A stretch of DNA of 64,000 nt, taken from contig CAVYRH010000026.1 in the NCBI GenBank assembly GCA_963770835.1, positions 224,001-288,000 on the forward strand, in the 5' to 3' direction. Positions within the stretch are counted from its first letter, which is position 1. Each line of letters starts with the position of its first letter. Source of the DNA: an uncultured Pseudomonadota bacterium. GTDB lineage: Bacteria > Oederibacteriota > Muellerivitia > Muellerivitales > Muellerivitaceae. The notes under the pieces were generated by a model. It searched no databases. It was not told the origin of the DNA and worked only from the letters and a program-made list of their open reading frames with translations. A program made the translations under genes and the position numbers. This document shows positions 35,812 to 45,969 of this stretch, one piece after another.

Positions 35812-38298
35812 ATGCAAAAGATATGTCCCAAAACCTTCCACCGGGGAATCTTTCCGGATTTTCGTTTTCTGGCGGCAATGGCTCTCTTGCTGGTAAATTC
35901 CCACTCCGTTTGGGCGGCGGGAAGACAGCAGTTGAAGGGCCATGTTCCCCCCGCGATTGCCACCTCCCCCAAAGTCCGGCCCGTTGAGGATGCGACAAGG
36001 CTGAGGCTGGCCATTGGCCTGCCCTTGAGGGACACGGACGGCCTCCAGGAGTTCCTGAAGGAACTTTATGACCCCCATAGTTTTCATTACCGCCAATACC
36101 TGACGCCGGACCAGTTCGCCGAAAGGTTCGGGCCATCGCCTGAGGACTACCAGGTCGTCCTCCAATTCGCCCAATCCAATAACTTGAAAGTGGAGGTCAC
36201 CTATTCCCACCGGCTGTTGCTGGACGTCAGCGGAAGGGCGGCCGACATCGCCAAGGTTTTCCACGTGCACTTGGATTATTACCGGCGGCCGGATGGAAGC
36301 GTGTTTTACGCCCCGGACCGGGAGCCTTCGGTGGACCTGGACGTGCCCTTGCTGCATGTTTCCGGCCTTGAAAACTTCCACCGGCCCTGGCCCAAGTTGA
36401 GGAAAGGCCATGGGGGCCGGGCCAAGGGGGGGACCGCGCCTCCCTCAAACTGCGATGGTTGCTACCAAGGACGGGACTTCCGCGATGCCTATGTCCCCAA
36501 CGTCCCCGCCACCGTCAACGGGGCGGGGCAGTCGGTGGCCCTGCTGGAGTTCGACGGCTTTTTCCAGTCGGACATTTCCACCTACGAAAGCACCTCCAAC
36601 CCTTCCTTTACGGCCCCCACTCCCGTAACCGTCCTGGTGGACGGTGCCACAGGAACGCCTTCTTCCGAAGGGGTCACCAATGGAAACGACGACGAAGTCT
36701 CCCTGGACATTGAAATGGTGCTTTCCATGGCCCCGGGAGCCCAGGTGATGGTTTATGAGGTTCCCGCCACCATCTTCAACAACGGCACCCAGGCCCAATA
36801 CGACACCGCGGCGGATGATGTGCTCTCCACCATGGCGTCAAACCGGACCTGCTTCCAAATCAGCAGTTCCTGGGGCGGTTACGGGGATGCCAACACCGGC
36901 CCCCTCTTGAGCGAATTGGCCGCCCAGGGGCAGGCCTATTTCGAAGCCGTCGGGGATGAGGGTTCCTTTGTCTCCAACGGCTTCCCAGGGGACTCCTGCC
37001 TCGCCCCGAATAACAGCGTGACGGATGATACCAGCCTCTACCAGAGCATTTATGAGACCCTGGTGGGGGGAACCGGATTATCCACTTCCTCCCCTTCGGG
37101 AAGCCCGCCGGTCATTACCTATTCCTCAGAAACGACCTGGAATGACGCTGCCCTGAACAACACCTATCGCCCCGACGATTTTTGTGGTCGGGGTTATCCA
37201 ACGGAGAACGCGGCGGGCGGTGGAGGGATCTGCACGAACGTCCTGGGCATTCCTTCTTATCAAACGCCCGTGCCCATGACGACCAATGGAGGTTCCACCC
37301 AGTGGCGGAACATGCCGGACGTTTCCATGGTGGCCTACAATGTTTACTTGGTTTCGGAAGAGGGAGGTTACGAAGGGCCTGAGGAGGGCACCAGCTGCGC
37401 TTCGCCCCTTTGGGCCGCTTACTGGGCATTGTGCAACCAGCAAGCCCGGACCCAGAAGTCAGAGTATATCGGTTCGGCCAATCCCGCTCTTTATCCCATT
37501 GGCCTGAGTTCGAATTATGCTAGCGATTTCCACGACATCAGCGATGGCAGTGACAATTTCTTCTATTGGCCGACCCCCGGACCCTACAAGGCGGTTTCGG
37601 GTTACGACCTGGCCACGGGCTGGGGAAGCCCCAACGGCCAGGGACTCCTCAACGCCCTAGTGGGCAACGTTCCTACCATCACCCCCACGCCTTGCGGCTG
37701 GCCCGGCAATACCTGCACCTTTACCCCGACCTTCACGCGGACTCGCACTTTCACCCCCACCAATACCCCAACCCCGACGCCAACGGATACGCCTTGCGGC
37801 TGGCCCAGCAACACCTGCACTTTTACCTCCACCTTTACCCCGACTTCCACGCCGACCGTTACGGACAGCTTCACCCCCACCTTTACGCCGACGGTCACCG
37901 ACACCTTCACGCCTACTTCCACGCCGACGGCCAGTTTCACCCACACCAACAGTTTTACCCCCACGCTCACTCCCACTCCCACACTGAGCTTCACGCCGAC
38001 GTCCACCCCCGTACCGGGTCCGGTCTTTTCCGCCATCGTTTGGCCCAACGTCACCAATGGAGGGAGTCCCGTTCAATTCGTGATTAATCTTATCAGCCCG
38101 GCGGAGATACAGCTTTCCATTTACGACTTGGCGGGGGAGGAGATTTACGCGACTTCGGCCCAGGGACCCATCGGTTGGAGCGTGATCCCTTGGCCTGTCC
38201 AGAACCAAGCCGGCACCTCCCTGGCCAGCGGCCTCTACATTTATTGCGTTCAGGCGGGAGGCAATAAAAAGCTGGGGAAGATATGCGTGCGCCACTGA
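35812..38298 (+). CDS. S53 (sedolisin/kumamolisin) peptidase with prodomain, Thr linker and C-terminal sorting domain
   Basis: Prodomain YRQYLTPDQFAERFGP; EVSLDIE, GDEG, RNMPDVS, GTSCASP, YDLATGWGSP; tail WPN..LASGLYIY. Confidence 0.92.
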   Translation: MQKICPKTFHRGIFPDFRFLAAMALLLVNSHSVWAAGRQQLKGHVPPAIATSPKVRPVEDATRLRLAIGLPLRDTDGLQEFLKELYDPHSFHYRQYLTPDQFAERFGPSPEDYQVVLQFAQSNNLKVEVTYSHRLLLDVSGRAADIAKVFHVHLDYYRRPDGSVFYAPDREPSVDLDVPLLHVSGLENFHRPWPKLRKGHGGRAKGGTAPPSNCDGCYQGRDFRDAYVPNVPATVNGAGQSVALLEFDGFFQSDISTYESTSNPSFTAPTPVTVLVDGATGTPSSEGVTNGNDDEVSLDIEMVLSMAPGAQVMVYEVPATIFNNGTQAQYDTAADDVLSTMASNRTCFQISSSWGGYGDANTGPLLSELAAQGQAYFEAVGDEGSFVSNGFPGDSCLAPNNSVTDDTSLYQSIYETLVGGTGLSTSSPSGSPPVITYSSETTWNDAALNNTYRPDDFCGRGYPTENAAGGGGICTNVLGIPSYQTPVPMTTNGGSTQWRNMPDVSMVAYNVYLVSEEGGYEGPEEGTSCASPLWAAYWALCNQQARTQKSEYIGSANPALYPIGLSSNYASDFHDISDGSDNFFYWPTPGPYKAVSGYDLATGWGSPNGQGLLNALVGNVPTITPTPCGWPGNTCTFTPTFTRTRTFTPTNTPTPTPTDTPCGWPSNTCTFTSTFTPTSTPTVTDSFTPTFTPTVTDTFTPTSTPTASFTHTNSFTPTLTPTPTLSFTPTSTPVPGPVFSAIVWPNVTNGGSPVQFVINLISPAEIQLSIYDLAGEEIYATSAQGPIGWSVIPWPVQNQAGTSLASGLYIYCVQAGGNKKLGKICVRH

Positions 38299-38321
38299 TG
38301 AAGGAACTTGGCTAAGGGTTT

Positions 38322-39983
38322 TTATTGTTCAGGGTTTAACTGCGCGTAGCCCCGGTGCTGTTGAAAGGGAACCGAAGGTAAAAAATCCCCCTCGGCGCCT
38401 GACGCAGGCTTGCCCGGAAACTCAAAATAATACCAAGTGTCGTTGATCTTGCCGGAGGGCGTGGCCTGGCTGAGCCAACCGGTCGCGATCTCCATCGTTT
38501 CTGGATAAAAGACCGGGGCCAATTGGAAGAAACTGGCGTTCACCGCGTAAATCTCCCCCGGCTGTGGGCCCTTCCATAAGTCCTTCTGCCTCCAGGGTTC
38601 CCAAAGAAGACCGTAAGCGGATGGATCCACCCCGCCCAAGTAAGCCAGCTTCACCCTTTTCCACCCCTTCTGTTTCGCGGTTTGGGCGAGTCGGCCCAAA
38701 TCCTGGCTGATGTCCAAATTAGAATCCCCCAGCCAGAAAAATTTCCTCTCCGGCGCCACGAGCTCGTTGAAATAACTTACGGCGTGGGGAAAGTTCAGTC
38801 CCATGCTTACTACCTGGAAAAGGGCCAAGCCGACGAGTGGTATTTTCCAAAGCGGTTTCTTTTTGGTTTTTTCCCAGAACCATCCGGCGGCATGGGAAGC
38901 CACCAGGATGAAAAAGGGGTAAGCGGGCAGGAGATAACGGATTCCCAGATCCTGGGTCGGCATGATGGCAGCAAAAAAAACAACTCCTGGCAACCCTTGC
39001 CAAAGAGGGCGGTTCATTTTCCGAAAAACCACCAGGGAAAAGCCCGCGATCAAAAGAGCCAGAAAGGGCAGCGGATTTTTCAAAAGGAAAGCCGTGGGGA
39101 AATAGGCCCAATAATTTTCCCGGCCCACCCGGCCCATGAAATAAGCCGCATGGCCTTTGTAACCGGCCATTTCCTGGAAACCATCCCAGAAATAACGGAA
39201 GGACGAAAGGCGGCCGGGAAGGCAAAGGGTGCCGGGCAAGTACAGCAGGAATACCCAAAGGCCGAAGCCTGCGGCACCCCAAAGCCATCTTTTGAAATTT
39301 TCAGCGCCGAGACGCCAAGACGCCAAGAAAAGCTTTAATTCAAACCGAGAAGTGAAAAAATCTAGGATAAAAAAAACGGGAATCAAAACCAAAGCCGAAA
39401 ATTTGCAGGTCACCGCCATACCGCAAAGGACTCCGGCGAGAAGCGCAGATTTCCAGGATTTGTCTTCCTGAGACCGTTTAAAGGCGAGGACGGCTGCGAA
39501 AAAGAAAAAGGTTACAGGCACGTCGGCCACGGCCAGTCCGGAAAAAGCCGAAAGAGTGGGGTCGAAGGCCCAGAGGCCCAGGGCGAAGAGTAGGACCGGT
39601 AAAGATTCTTTTCGGGTGACTCCCCAAAGCAAAAAACCGATACCCAAACCCAGGATGAGGGAGGACAGACGCCCCCCCGTGGTTATGGCCCCCAATTGTC
39701 CGACGTTGTCCTTGAAGAAGAATTGGTAGGCCCGGTCCATGGCGTCGGTAGAATCTTGTGATTCTTTCAAATGGAGGGCCAGCAAGGGAAGGGCCTCAAG
39801 GGCCTTGGAGAAGGGCGGGTGTTTGGCGTGGGAAAGAACGTCGCCATGGGTCAAATAAAAAAAGCCGTTGGTGATTTCCATTGGCTCGTCATTGGTCAGC
39901 GAGTCACCCCAAAAGCGGGGGATGATTTGGACGGCGAACAAAGCCGAGAAAAGGAAAAGCCAAAGGGGCGAGTGGGGTTTCAT
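38322..39983 (-). CDS. ArnT/PMT-like (GT39-type) membrane glycosyltransferase
   Basis: DSLTNDEP..I..G, HPPFSK, KFSAL, GIRYLLP, DSNLDISQDL. Confidence 0.82.
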   Translation of the reverse strand: MKPHSPLWLFLFSALFAVQIIPRFWGDSLTNDEPMEITNGFFYLTHGDVLSHAKHPPFSKALEALPLLALHLKESQDSTDAMDRAYQFFFKDNVGQLGAITTGGRLSSLILGLGIGFLLWGVTRKESLPVLLFALGLWAFDPTLSAFSGLAVADVPVTFFFFAAVLAFKRSQEDKSWKSALLAGVLCGMAVTCKFSALVLIPVFFILDFFTSRFELKLFLASWRLGAENFKRWLWGAAGFGLWVFLLYLPGTLCLPGRLSSFRYFWDGFQEMAGYKGHAAYFMGRVGRENYWAYFPTAFLLKNPLPFLALLIAGFSLVVFRKMNRPLWQGLPGVVFFAAIMPTQDLGIRYLLPAYPFFILVASHAAGWFWEKTKKKPLWKIPLVGLALFQVVSMGLNFPHAVSYFNELVAPERKFFWLGDSNLDISQDLGRLAQTAKQKGWKRVKLAYLGGVDPSAYGLLWEPWRQKDLWKGPQPGEIYAVNASFFQLAPVFYPETMEIATGWLSQATPSGKINDTWYYFEFPGKPASGAEGDFLPSVPFQQHRGYAQLNPEQ

Positions 39984-40033
39984 GACCTCAATTTAATCGT
40001 GTTTAAGGGGTGGACGAGATATAAAAACAGGGT

Positions 40034-40065
40034 TCCAAGGCACCCAACATGTTGGGTGCCTTGGA
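40034..40065. repeat. Perfect 32-bp palindrome
   Basis: tccaaggcacccaaca|tgttgggtgccttgga with no spacer. Confidence 0.85.
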
Positions 40066-40084
40066 GGTTAAACCGTCGATTAGA

Positions 40085-40792
40085 CTACCACTTCAGTTCC
40101 TTACCATCGTTGTAGAGGAAAAGGGAAGTCTGCTTAAGCGTCAGGCCCTTGAGGGTTTGGGCGATGGCGGCGGCGGACTCTTCCGGTTTCAGAGGGGCAT
40201 TGGGGCCACCCATGTCGGTTTGAACCCAGCCCGGGTCCAGGCACACGACAACCACCTTGTCCTCCTGCAGGTCGAAGGCCATGGTGCGGGTCAGCATGTT
40301 CAAGGCCGCCTTGGAAGCCCCATAGGCGTAAAAGGCCCCTTCGCTTTTACCCGAAAGGGAAGCCAGCCCGGAAGTCATGTTCACGATCCGCGGATTTTTG
40401 GATTTTTTCACCAGGGACAGGAAGGCCTGGGACACCCGCAAGGGCCCCAGCGTGTTGACCTCATAGGCTTCCCTCATGATGGGCATCTGCACTTTCTCCA
40501 AGGGCGCGTTGTAGGGTTGGGGTTGGATACCGGCGTTATTAAAAAGAATGTCGAGGTGGTCGGTCTTTTTGGCCACTTCAGCAGCTGCGGCGCGGACGGA
40601 ATCGTCCGAATCGGCCTCCAGTGGCACCAGTTCCAGGGCTTCCCCGTGGGTCTTCTTCAGCATTTTCAGTTCTTCCGCTTTTTGGGGCTGACGGCAGGCG
40701 GCAAAAACCTTGTCGCCCTGGCTTAAAAGGATTTTCGTGACGGCCAAACCGATTCCACGATTGGCTCCGGTGATCAGAAATGTCTCAGGCAT
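40085..40792 (-). CDS. Short-chain dehydrogenase/reductase (CsgA/C-factor-like)
   Basis: LITGANRGIG, NNAG, YGASKAALN, DPGWVQTDMGG. Confidence 0.93.
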   Translation of the reverse strand: MPETFLITGANRGIGLAVTKILLSQGDKVFAACRQPQKAEELKMLKKTHGEALELVPLEADSDDSVRAAAAEVAKKTDHLDILFNNAGIQPQPYNAPLEKVQMPIMREAYEVNTLGPLRVSQAFLSLVKKSKNPRIVNMTSGLASLSGKSEGAFYAYGASKAALNMLTRTMAFDLQEDKVVVVCLDPGWVQTDMGGPNAPLKPEESAAAIAQTLKGLTLKQTSLFLYNDGKELKW

Positions 40793-41213
40793 GGCAAACC
40801 TCTCAAAGGGATTTACAACCGACAGGCTTTAGTAGCTGGGAAATGATAATGGAGGATAGGAAAGGTCTCGATACTTTTTGCTGGAGGATAGTCCCTTAAG
40901 GAGGAGTTCTTTCCCGGCTGAGGTAGGGCTGGATCTTGAGATGGTTCCATAAAAACGCTTCGATGGTTGATTTAACGGAAAAGCATTTTGAGCATTTTCA
41001 GAGTTGATATGTCAAAATGGCCGTTTTGGAACTCGAAATTTGGTCAAAAGCTAATGAAAGTAGTACAATTTCAAGGTACCTCTATTTTGGTTGGAGCCAA
41101 AAAGCGTATTTATGAAAACGTCACTAAAAACGATTTTCACCCATTTTCCTATCAAACTCGGCGATCCATTTTCGCCACTTTTTCATGAAAGCCCATTTTG
41201 GGGCTTTTCATTG

Positions 41214-44200
41214 ATGGTGTTTTTGGAGAAAAAATTGAACCGGTTGAAATTTTTTTATCTTCTTCTGGTTCTCTTTGCTTCGCCGCTCTTAGCCGCCCCG
41301 CCTGCCCTCCAAGTTTCCGGAAACAAGGTCCAAACGAGTAGCGGTTGTTCTGTGCTTTTAAAGGGTGTGGATGTGGACGGGTTGGAGTTCTCCAGCACCG
41401 GTGAAGGCCCCACTGGAGGTAACGGAGGAAACACGGTGGCTGTAGCCGGGGAAGCCATTACGGCTTGGAAATCAAACATCATCCGCCTGCCGATGAACCA
41501 GGACTATTGGTTTGGTTGCGAAGGCGGGGACACCAACGGGACCAATTATAGAAGCATCGTCAATAGCGTGGTCACTTTCTGTGCCAACAACAACGCTTAT
41601 GTGATCTTGGACTTGCATTGGTCCGGGGAATCCTCCACGGCCTCGGCCCCTTGCGGAAGCGGATGGGGGAACGACGCCAGCACCAAACAACAGCCCATGG
41701 CGGACGCCAACGCGATCACTTTTTGGAGTTCGGTGGCCGGTATTTACGCCAATAATTCGGCGGTTATTTTTGACCTTTATAACGAACCTTACGACTCGGG
41801 GAATGATAACTTAGGACCGCCCATCGTTACCGACACCGCCGGTTACAGCACCTGGCTGAACGGGGGTACGTTGGGAGGGGCGTCCTTTTCAACGCCGGGC
41901 ATGCAAAAGCTTCTCAACGCGGTGCGCTCCGCGGGTGCCGCCAACGTTTGCCTGCTCGGAGGCCTCCATTGGTGCGCCAACTTGAATGGCCTGCCGGCCT
42001 CCTCGGTTACCAATACGGGGAACGGTGTGATGTTTGCCGCCCATCTTTACGGGGACAACGACGGCACCGCAGCGGTCAGTTGGGACGCCGAAGTTCCAAG
42101 CTCGGTTTTATCGAGCTACCCGGTTTTCGTGGGAGAATATGGTCCCTCGACCAGCTGTAATACGGACAATTCGACCTTCGACAACAATATGTTCGCCTGG
42201 CTCACCGGGACATCAGGGATTGCGGGAGGAACGGCATGGTCCATGCACGACTCCTCCTGCCCCAACCTTCTTTCGGATTGGAACTTCGACACGACCAGTT
42301 GGGGGACGGCGGAAAAGAACTTCCTTGCAACGCCAGTTCCCACCTGCCCTTCGGGCGGTTCTCCCGTCCCCACGGCTACCCCGACCCATTCGCCCACGGC
42401 GACACCCACCACCGTTCCGCCCAGTATCACGCTGACGAAAACCACCGGCGGCCCCACTTCCGGCTACCTGGAAAACGGCACTGCGATTCCCATGACCATC
42501 ATGGTTTGTAACGCCACGGGGTCGGTGACGGCCAACAGCGTGACGGTGATCGATACGGTGACCAACCCTTTAAGCTGGTCCCAAGACGGGCCCAACTACA
42601 GCCAATGGACCGTGACGGAATCCGGCGTGCCGGTCACCATCAACCCCATGAATACCTCTGGCTTTCCCATTACTTGGGTTGTGAGCAACCTGCCGGGTGG
42701 AGCCTGCGTGCCCGTCAACTTCAATGTGATCGCCTATTCCTTTAATTCGAGCGATTCCTGCCAGGTGGTTAGCGACCATGGCACCGCCACTTGGGCAGGG
42801 GGTGGCCCGGCTACTAGTAACACTATTTCCATCACCATCGTTTGCAACACGGTTACTCCCACCCCTACCAACACGCCTCCAATCCCGACGAGCACCCCCA
42901 CTTCCACAGCTACTCTCACTCCTACGAATTCACCGACCAGCAGTCCCACATCCACAGCCACCTATACGGCGACAAAAACTACCACAGCAACTCCCACGAA
43001 TACCTCGTTGAACACGGCAACGAATACGGCGACCAAGACGGCTACGGTTACCGCCAGCAATACGGTTACGAATACCCCAACCACTACACCGTCCTATACT
43101 TCAACAGCCACGGCGACCAATACGGCCACATCAACAGCCACCAATACAGCGACGAAAACGGCTACCGCAACCGCCAGCAGCACCGCCACGAACACTTTGA
43201 CTGCTACACCATCAAGTACTCCAACGGCTACGGCGACCAATACGGCCACATCCACAACCACCAACACGCCGACCAAAACCGCAACCGCAACCGCCAGCAA
43301 TACCGCCACGAGCACAGCCACTCAAACATTGACAACTACCCCCTCAAATACGCCCACGGGTACCTTCACTAACAGTCCAACTTCTTCGCCCACGAATACC
43401 ACCACAAGAACTCCGACGGCTACGGCAACCAGTACTGCCACCAACACGGCATCTTCAACTCCAACCGCGACTGCGACAAATACTTTGATCAATACGCCGA
43501 CGGCAACGCCGACAAACACGGCTGCCGCGACGGGGACGCCTACGGATACACCTACGAGGACAGCTACTTCTACCGCCACCGGATCAGCCACCGCTAGTCC
43601 CACCATGACCGGCACCAATACGCCGACTGGAACAACCACGGCTACGTCCACGGCATCGGCGACAAACACGACTACCAAGACCTCAACAGCCACTACAACC
43701 AGCACACCTACCAATACGGCCTCTTCAACCCCAACGGCTACTGCCACCAATACCTTGATTAATTCCGCGACGCCTACCAATACGCCTACAAGAACAGCCA
43801 CCTCTACCGCCACCAGCACTGCGGCTAATACCCTGACCTTGACTCCTTCTAATTCGGCTACGGGTACCTCCACCAATAGCCTCACTTCCACGCCGACCAG
43901 TACCACCACCAAGACTCAAACGGCTACGGCGACCGGTACGGCTACCCCTACCGCTTCTTCAACCCCGACGGCTACAGCCACCAATACCTTGATTAATTCC
44001 GCAACGCCTACCGATACGCCGACCAATACGCCATCGAATACTCCCACGGGAACGCCTACTAGGACGGAGACCTCCACCGCCACTGGTACGGCCATAAGCA
44101 CTTCCACCAACAGTCCCAGTTCCACGCCGATTTCGACTACCACCAAGACTCAAACGGCCACCCCCACCGGTACAGCCACCACTACGGTTTCTTCAACCCC

Positions 44201-45662
44201 GACAGCTACTGCCACCAATACCTTGATTAATTCCGCGACACCCACCGATACGCCCACGAATACGGCTACCTCGACTGTCACCGGGTCCGCCACCAATACC
44301 GCCACGAGAACAGCGACCTCCACAGCCACTACTACCGTTACTTTGACTCCGACTTCCACGTCTACTTCCACCCCAACCAAGACTTCAACATCGACGGCAA
44401 CCGGCACAGCCACGAACACGGCTTCTTCAACCCCGACGGCCACAGCAACTGACACCTTGATTAATTCCGCGACACCCACCGATACGCCCACGAATACAGC
44501 CACATCGACCGCCACCGGGTCCGCTACCAATACCCTGACGGCGACCGCATCCGGTAGACCGACGAGTACTACGACCAAGACTCAAACATCCACGCCGACC
44601 AGTACACCCACCGATACCGCGACTTCGAGTCTTACTGCTACAGCCACCGGATCATCGACCAATACACCCACCCGCACAACGACGACAACCCCGACCCATA
44701 GCGCTACTTCTACTGCTACGATGACGGCCACCCTCACAACGTCCAATACAACCATATCGACTCCCACAAACACGCTGGTTAACACAGCCACTCCAACCTT
44801 GACACCAACCCTTACACCGACTCTGACCACCACTTCCACCACCACCCGTACGGTGACATCAACGACAACCGCTACCTCCACGATTACGCCCTCTTCCACA
44901 CCCACGCTGGTGACGGTGGCCGCATCCCAAGGGTCCAATCCGCCGGGGAACTCGAATCAAACCTCCGGGGCAACCAATGTTCTTGTTCAACAGGTTCTGT
45001 TGACGAACCCCAGCACCTCGACGATTAATATGACATCTTTGATTCTTTCGGTGTCGGGGACAGGGAACCCGGCGGACATCACAAGTGTGACGTTATCGGC
45101 CAATGGCGTGTCAATCACCTCAACGACTTTCTCCGGGACGACGGCGACTTTCTCCTTTAGCGGTACCTTACCGCCTTCTTACGGAGTGACTTACACGGTG
45201 ACAGCCAATTTCAGTTCAGGAGCCAGCGGGACCTATACGTTCAGCGTGACGGGGACCAGCGGGAACAACGGGCAGGCGGCGCAGTTCAGCGGGTTGCCGG
45301 TGGCGGGAGCCACGGTCACAGTGACGCATCCGTCTTTCATCCCCACGTCAAGCCCGACGGTGACCCTTACATCCACGCCGGCGGGCAACAACACGGTGCT
45401 GATCTATCCCAATCCGGCCACGGGTTCCAGCGTGAACGTTCTGGCGCCGGCTTACAGCGGCAGCCAGGATGTAAAAGTCGAAATCTTCACCTTGAGTTTC
45501 CGCAAGGTCCTGGACGAAACTTTCCCCAACGTCCTATCGGGAAAAGCCGTGACTATCCAACTGAGGGATCAATGGGGGACGCCCCTGGCGGATGGGCTTT
45601 ATTACGTCATGGTCACGGTGGATGGTAAACGCTCTATGGCGAAACTACTTGTCTTGCGCTGA
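41214..45662 (+). CDS. Secreted GH5 glycoside hydrolase with Thr linker, shared module and C-terminal sorting domain
   Basis: IIRLP, YVILDLHW, FDLYNEP (acid/base), FVGEYG (nucleophile); ends YPNP..LADGLYYV..KLLVLR. Start uncertain (41112/41214/TTG 41235). Confidence 0.9.
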   Translation: MVFLEKKLNRLKFFYLLLVLFASPLLAAPPALQVSGNKVQTSSGCSVLLKGVDVDGLEFSSTGEGPTGGNGGNTVAVAGEAITAWKSNIIRLPMNQDYWFGCEGGDTNGTNYRSIVNSVVTFCANNNAYVILDLHWSGESSTASAPCGSGWGNDASTKQQPMADANAITFWSSVAGIYANNSAVIFDLYNEPYDSGNDNLGPPIVTDTAGYSTWLNGGTLGGASFSTPGMQKLLNAVRSAGAANVCLLGGLHWCANLNGLPASSVTNTGNGVMFAAHLYGDNDGTAAVSWDAEVPSSVLSSYPVFVGEYGPSTSCNTDNSTFDNNMFAWLTGTSGIAGGTAWSMHDSSCPNLLSDWNFDTTSWGTAEKNFLATPVPTCPSGGSPVPTATPTHSPTATPTTVPPSITLTKTTGGPTSGYLENGTAIPMTIMVCNATGSVTANSVTVIDTVTNPLSWSQDGPNYSQWTVTESGVPVTINPMNTSGFPITWVVSNLPGGACVPVNFNVIAYSFNSSDSCQVVSDHGTATWAGGGPATSNTISITIVCNTVTPTPTNTPPIPTSTPTSTATLTPTNSPTSSPTSTATYTATKTTTATPTNTSLNTATNTATKTATVTASNTVTNTPTTTPSYTSTATATNTATSTATNTATKTATATASSTATNTLTATPSSTPTATATNTATSTTTNTPTKTATATASNTATSTATQTLTTTPSNTPTGTFTNSPTSSPTNTTTRTPTATATSTATNTASSTPTATATNTLINTPTATPTNTAAATGTPTDTPTRTATSTATGSATASPTMTGTNTPTGTTTATSTASATNTTTKTSTATTTSTPTNTASSTPTATATNTLINSATPTNTPTRTATSTATSTAANTLTLTPSNSATGTSTNSLTSTPTSTTTKTQTATATGTATPTASSTPTATATNTLINSATPTDTPTNTPSNTPTGTPTRTETSTATGTAISTSTNSPSSTPISTTTKTQTATPTGTATTTVSSTPTATATNTLINSATPTDTPTNTATSTVTGSATNTATRTATSTATTTVTLTPTSTSTSTPTKTSTSTATGTATNTASSTPTATATDTLINSATPTDTPTNTATSTATGSATNTLTATASGRPTSTTTKTQTSTPTSTPTDTATSSLTATATGSSTNTPTRTTTTTPTHSATSTATMTATLTTSNTTISTPTNTLVNTATPTLTPTLTPTLTTTSTTTRTVTSTTTATSTITPSSTPTLVTVAASQGSNPPGNSNQTSGATNVLVQQVLLTNPSTSTINMTSLILSVSGTGNPADITSVTLSANGVSITSTTFSGTTATFSFSGTLPPSYGVTYTVTANFSSGASGTYTFSVTGTSGNNGQAAQFSGLPVAGATVTVTHPSFIPTSSPTVTLTSTPAGNNTVLIYPNPATGSSVNVLAPAYSGSQDVKVEIFTLSFRKVLDETFPNVLSGKAVTIQLRDQWGTPLADGLYYVMVTVDGKRSMAKLLVLR

Positions 45663-45969
45663 TTAGTCTTGATTATTTATTTAAAGAAGGCGGGTTTGGG
45701 GGAAGCCTCTTTGAAAAGTCATTTTTAAGGTCAAAGAGGGTCAGAATGAAATTGTCAAAAAACCAAGAGGCTTTTTGGCTCTTTCCTGACAATGGAGCTT
45801 TCTTTATGATTTCCGTCAGATTTCGACGACACCAGTTAGAATCTTTTATCGATAAACTGAAAACAGGGCGAGGAATAGAAATTGCAGAATTTACAGGATG
45901 ATCATCTTGCGGTACGCTTACGGGGCTCATTGAAATGAGCATTTGAATCCACTCATTATTAGAGGTTTT

